From: Balanoglossus misakiensis
Taxonomy: Eukaryota > Animalia > Hemichordata
DNA length: 64,000 nt
Direction: 5' to 3'
NCBI GenBank assembly: GCA_040954595.2
Contig: CM082598.2
Span: 4,479,097 to 4,543,096, forward strand
The stretch's first letter is position 1, and each line of letters begins with the position of its first letter. Positions 60,673-64,000 of this stretch are shown piece by piece. The translations under genes were made by a program, and so were the position numbers. The notes beneath the pieces are model-generated. The model was not told where the DNA came from, ran no database searches, and was given only the letters and a program-made list of their open reading frames with translations.

Positions 60673-63600
60673 TTAAAGCCCCATGGCATGGAAGTTGATA
60701 AAAAAATTAAGCTTTAAATAATCTCAGATATGCTTTTATTCTGTCAAAATGTTTAATGTTTAAAAGACTTCATAGTGCCTTTTCTACACTCCAATATTCA
60801 AAAGCGCTTTACAATCAAAGACATATAAAACGGAACATTATAACATGATATTGCTTTCTAGTATATCAAGAAAACACTTATTCATGACAAAATTTCTTTC
60901 CCCTCTCAACAGATTTGTATAGACGTGGATTGGAGAGAAAAAGAAGGTTCTTCATATTCCAGGCCTGGTATCTAATCGCTGCGCAAGTGGGAAACAAAAT
61001 TTGAAAATCACGTATATCTTGGCCATGCATTTACATTTTAAGTAATTTTTTAAATCAAATTTTCATGAGAAATGACATTTTCCTGTCAGTTGAAGAAAAT
61101 GTTAGTGTCTAAAGAACATATGTATAGATATATAAAAGCAGTCTGCTGAAGTGAATTGCCAGTGCTTTGGTCTGTGAAGAAATTCTAAAATGTAAAGACC
61201 ATGTATTATCGCACATTGTGTATCTCTTTTAAACCCTATCACCCCTAGTTCCCTCTCTAGAGCTCCAACCTTGCCGTAGAAAACGATGGTTTTGGACTGA
61301 ACAGTGGCGGCGAAAAAGGGTTAAATGACCTGTTTTTGTACGAGGGGTTAATTGAAGCCACATGCCTGAGTCACAAAATTGAAGACGTGTAAGTCTACTG
61401 TTGTTTCTCTAGTCACATCAAAAGCCCCTGTGTGCCTGTAATAGAGGTCATTGCATTCAGAAATCATATTACATTAGCTATCATATCCAGATATATTTAA
61501 TATTATATTTCTTATGTAGTTAGTATTCATTGGTAGAAATGCACATGCATTAAATCTAGCTGTTTTTTTCAGAATAAGATTTAAAAAGTTAAAAAAGAAG
61601 AAGAAAGGAAACTAAAAAAAAATTGTTGATGTCGTTAACCCTACAACTGTGCTTGGATCCTTATTTAAATGTATTATTTTTACTATAAACGTAACAACTT
61701 TATGACAAGTATGTTTTGTGGCACAATTTGTTGTAGAGGCAGTTAAAAATATGTTATATCCTGTGTTTCCGTTGTGGAAATCATCCCCTCTAGCTTCAGT
61801 ACTTCTTGCAGCGAATTTCGGTTGACTGCAACTCAGGTGATAGTAGAAGACAAGATAAGACGAAAGATTACTTTCTTGGAGATTATTTTGTATTGGACTT
61901 CTCAAATTTTATGACAAATGTATGTGATGTTGCTAGAAACATATTTCCTGTGTTGATGCCAGTTAGTCAGAAAATGTGTCAATACAGAACACCTCCACTA
62001 TGACATTTAATGTCATTTAAATCATTTACATAGTTTTTGGATACGGAAATCTGTGCCAAAAATGCAATTGCAATTAATTCTTAATTGTGTCGTCTGACAG
62101 ACTATATATATACATGGTTATGTTGAGAAACACCAACCATGTTGTATAAATGATATTATGTCGAGTGTGGTCTTCTGTATTGCAGTTTTCGAACTCGCGA
62201 CAATTCATATAGTGATGATTTGTCATTTGGAGGACATGGTTCTCTTGGTATCATGAAATTTAAAGCAGATGGCATCATAGTGCACAATTGGGAGTACTGT
62301 TATACGGTTTGGACAGGATAAGGATTTGACTGGTTTTCCATGTTTAGTGGTATGATCGTTGCAGTACTGAAATAAGAACTATGAGTTCAACATTTTCGAT
62401 AGGGACGGTGGCTGTTCTTTTAAATTGCCAGTGCATGAACTGTATTTAGCTTGCCAATATAGCGTTTGTATGTACAGCAAAAACTGTTAACCAAATGGCA
62501 TTAATTTTGATTCAGTTGTCATATCTTTTGTGTGAAGTTGCAAACGCTATGTTGACAATACTGGCTGTTTTTCAACACTTTACAGAGTATATAACTAGGG
62601 ATTGTCCTGAAACTCTTGGATAATTGCGACTGATCTCTTAGCAACAAGTCTTTCCTTACACGTGTTTCCTCACATAGACGTACAGTCTTTGTGAGAAAGT
62701 TCAAAACTCGACGTGCGATCTTCCATTTTCATGACACTGTTGGTTCCTTTAACGGGAAATGTTTGTATCTCTTAAAACACAATTTTTTCGGTCATCTCAG
62801 GAAAGGATTTATCCAGCTTATTGATTCATGGTGAGTTTTTTTACATGCTATATTCTTCCACTGTTGCTTAAAGTTCTACCACCCTGCTCGAGTAAACGAA
62901 GTTTCTATAAAGTCGTATTGCAAAGCAGGTACGTGTGGAGTAAAACCCATCAGACAATGGCAGATTCAGCATGCTTCAGTAATCAGAACATCGTTAAAAA
63001 TGACAAATGAAACAGAGATACTGACATTACCCCTTAAAGGAACAACGAAATGTGCAAAGGAATGGCATAGTTGCTATTTGTGATGTTTCAGTTTTACTTA
63101 AAAGTTTAACTTGAGTCGTATTCTTCGTGTTAGAAACACAAGAGATGGGTGCAAGTGGTCTACAACAGTCAGTTCATTAGCTGTAACTTCTTACTATTTT
63201 TCAGCATTTTTTACGTGTCAATTGCACTTTCAGTTAGGACTGTTGCACAGTTGTTGTCTTGGTTTAATAAGTAGAACAAGAAACTATAGTTGACAAACAA
63301 AACAAAAATGCTAAAAAACAGCCAAAGCTTACACCTAATGGGGAATTGACTGTTTTCACAAATACTGAAACTGCACAAACAAGTCTCAAGGTTATCTGGT
63401 GAAAATCAGATGTAGAGATTGGCTTGTTTGCATCATTCAAGCCTTGTATCTGTATTCGCAGTTAGCTTATCGTCATCTGCCTACAGGCAAGGACTGCGAA
63501 CAACCCTACCTCTCATTTTCAGATTAACCTTCATTGCTTGGAATGTTTGTATTGCTAAAAACGATCTTAGATATAAACGAAGTTGAGAAAAGCTACCATC

Positions 63601-64000
63601 CAGTAAGCCTAGTAAATTCTGGGGAAGTACTAATGTTGTATTCCACATTTTTCGGTGTTGTGTTTTTATTTATAAATTTCCAAATGTTTGGTTAGTTTCC
63701 GGACAACTGCAATGGTTCAACGACATCTATGGAAAATATCTGAAATATTTTAACTTCAAAAGGATGCTAATTCAATGTACTCGAAATTTTCCTAGATGTT
63801 TTAAAACGGAATTATGTGGTCTTGTTCAACACTATGACTACCTCAGAATTTATTACTCTTACTTTATGCAACTTTAGGATAAACGTCTTTGTGTTGTAGA
63901 ATCCAGATGACATAGTTTGGGTATGGTTAATCATACAGACAGATTTAATGTTGTTCAGAATTTATATATCATGTTTTATATGAGGTCTGCAAAAGCAGGT

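Noticed and set aside
61000-64000. Short ORFs downstream of cry
   Set aside because: AT-rich sequence consistent with 3' UTR or intergenic DNA, with no coherent exon chain or homology recognised.
1-64000. tRNA, rRNA or snRNA genes
   Set aside because: None recognisable by eye; tRNAscan-SE and Infernal/Rfam would be needed to exclude small RNAs.

Overview
AT-rich, intron-containing animal genomic DNA, probably an invertebrate deuterostome (inferred from vertebrate-like exon sizes and protein sequences). It holds five protein-coding genes. Four lie tightly packed on the minus strand: L-lactate dehydrogenase (5' part only, running off the window start), an intronless 1548-aa protein with two catalytically dead USP36/42/17-like domains around a repeat-bearing disordered linker, a 13-14-exon Q/G/R-rich multi-matrin-zinc-finger protein (CIZ1/Pep-like), and a 9-exon transaldolase. 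An 11-exon vertebrate-type (repressor-type) cryptochrome lies on the plus strand, head-to-head with transaldolase. Introns and UTRs carry many small non-autonomous DNA transposons (Kolobok-like, piggyBac-like, Tc1/pogo-like, and 9-10-bp-TSD elements), tandem repeats and microsatellites. The most notable signals are the double pseudo-deubiquitinase, the clock cis-element-rich Taldo/Cry divergent region next to Ldh, a conserved two-Met NLS start in transaldolase, and FAD-pocket and NLS changes in the cryptochrome. All gene models were assembled by eye from splice signals and reading frames; no database searches were run.
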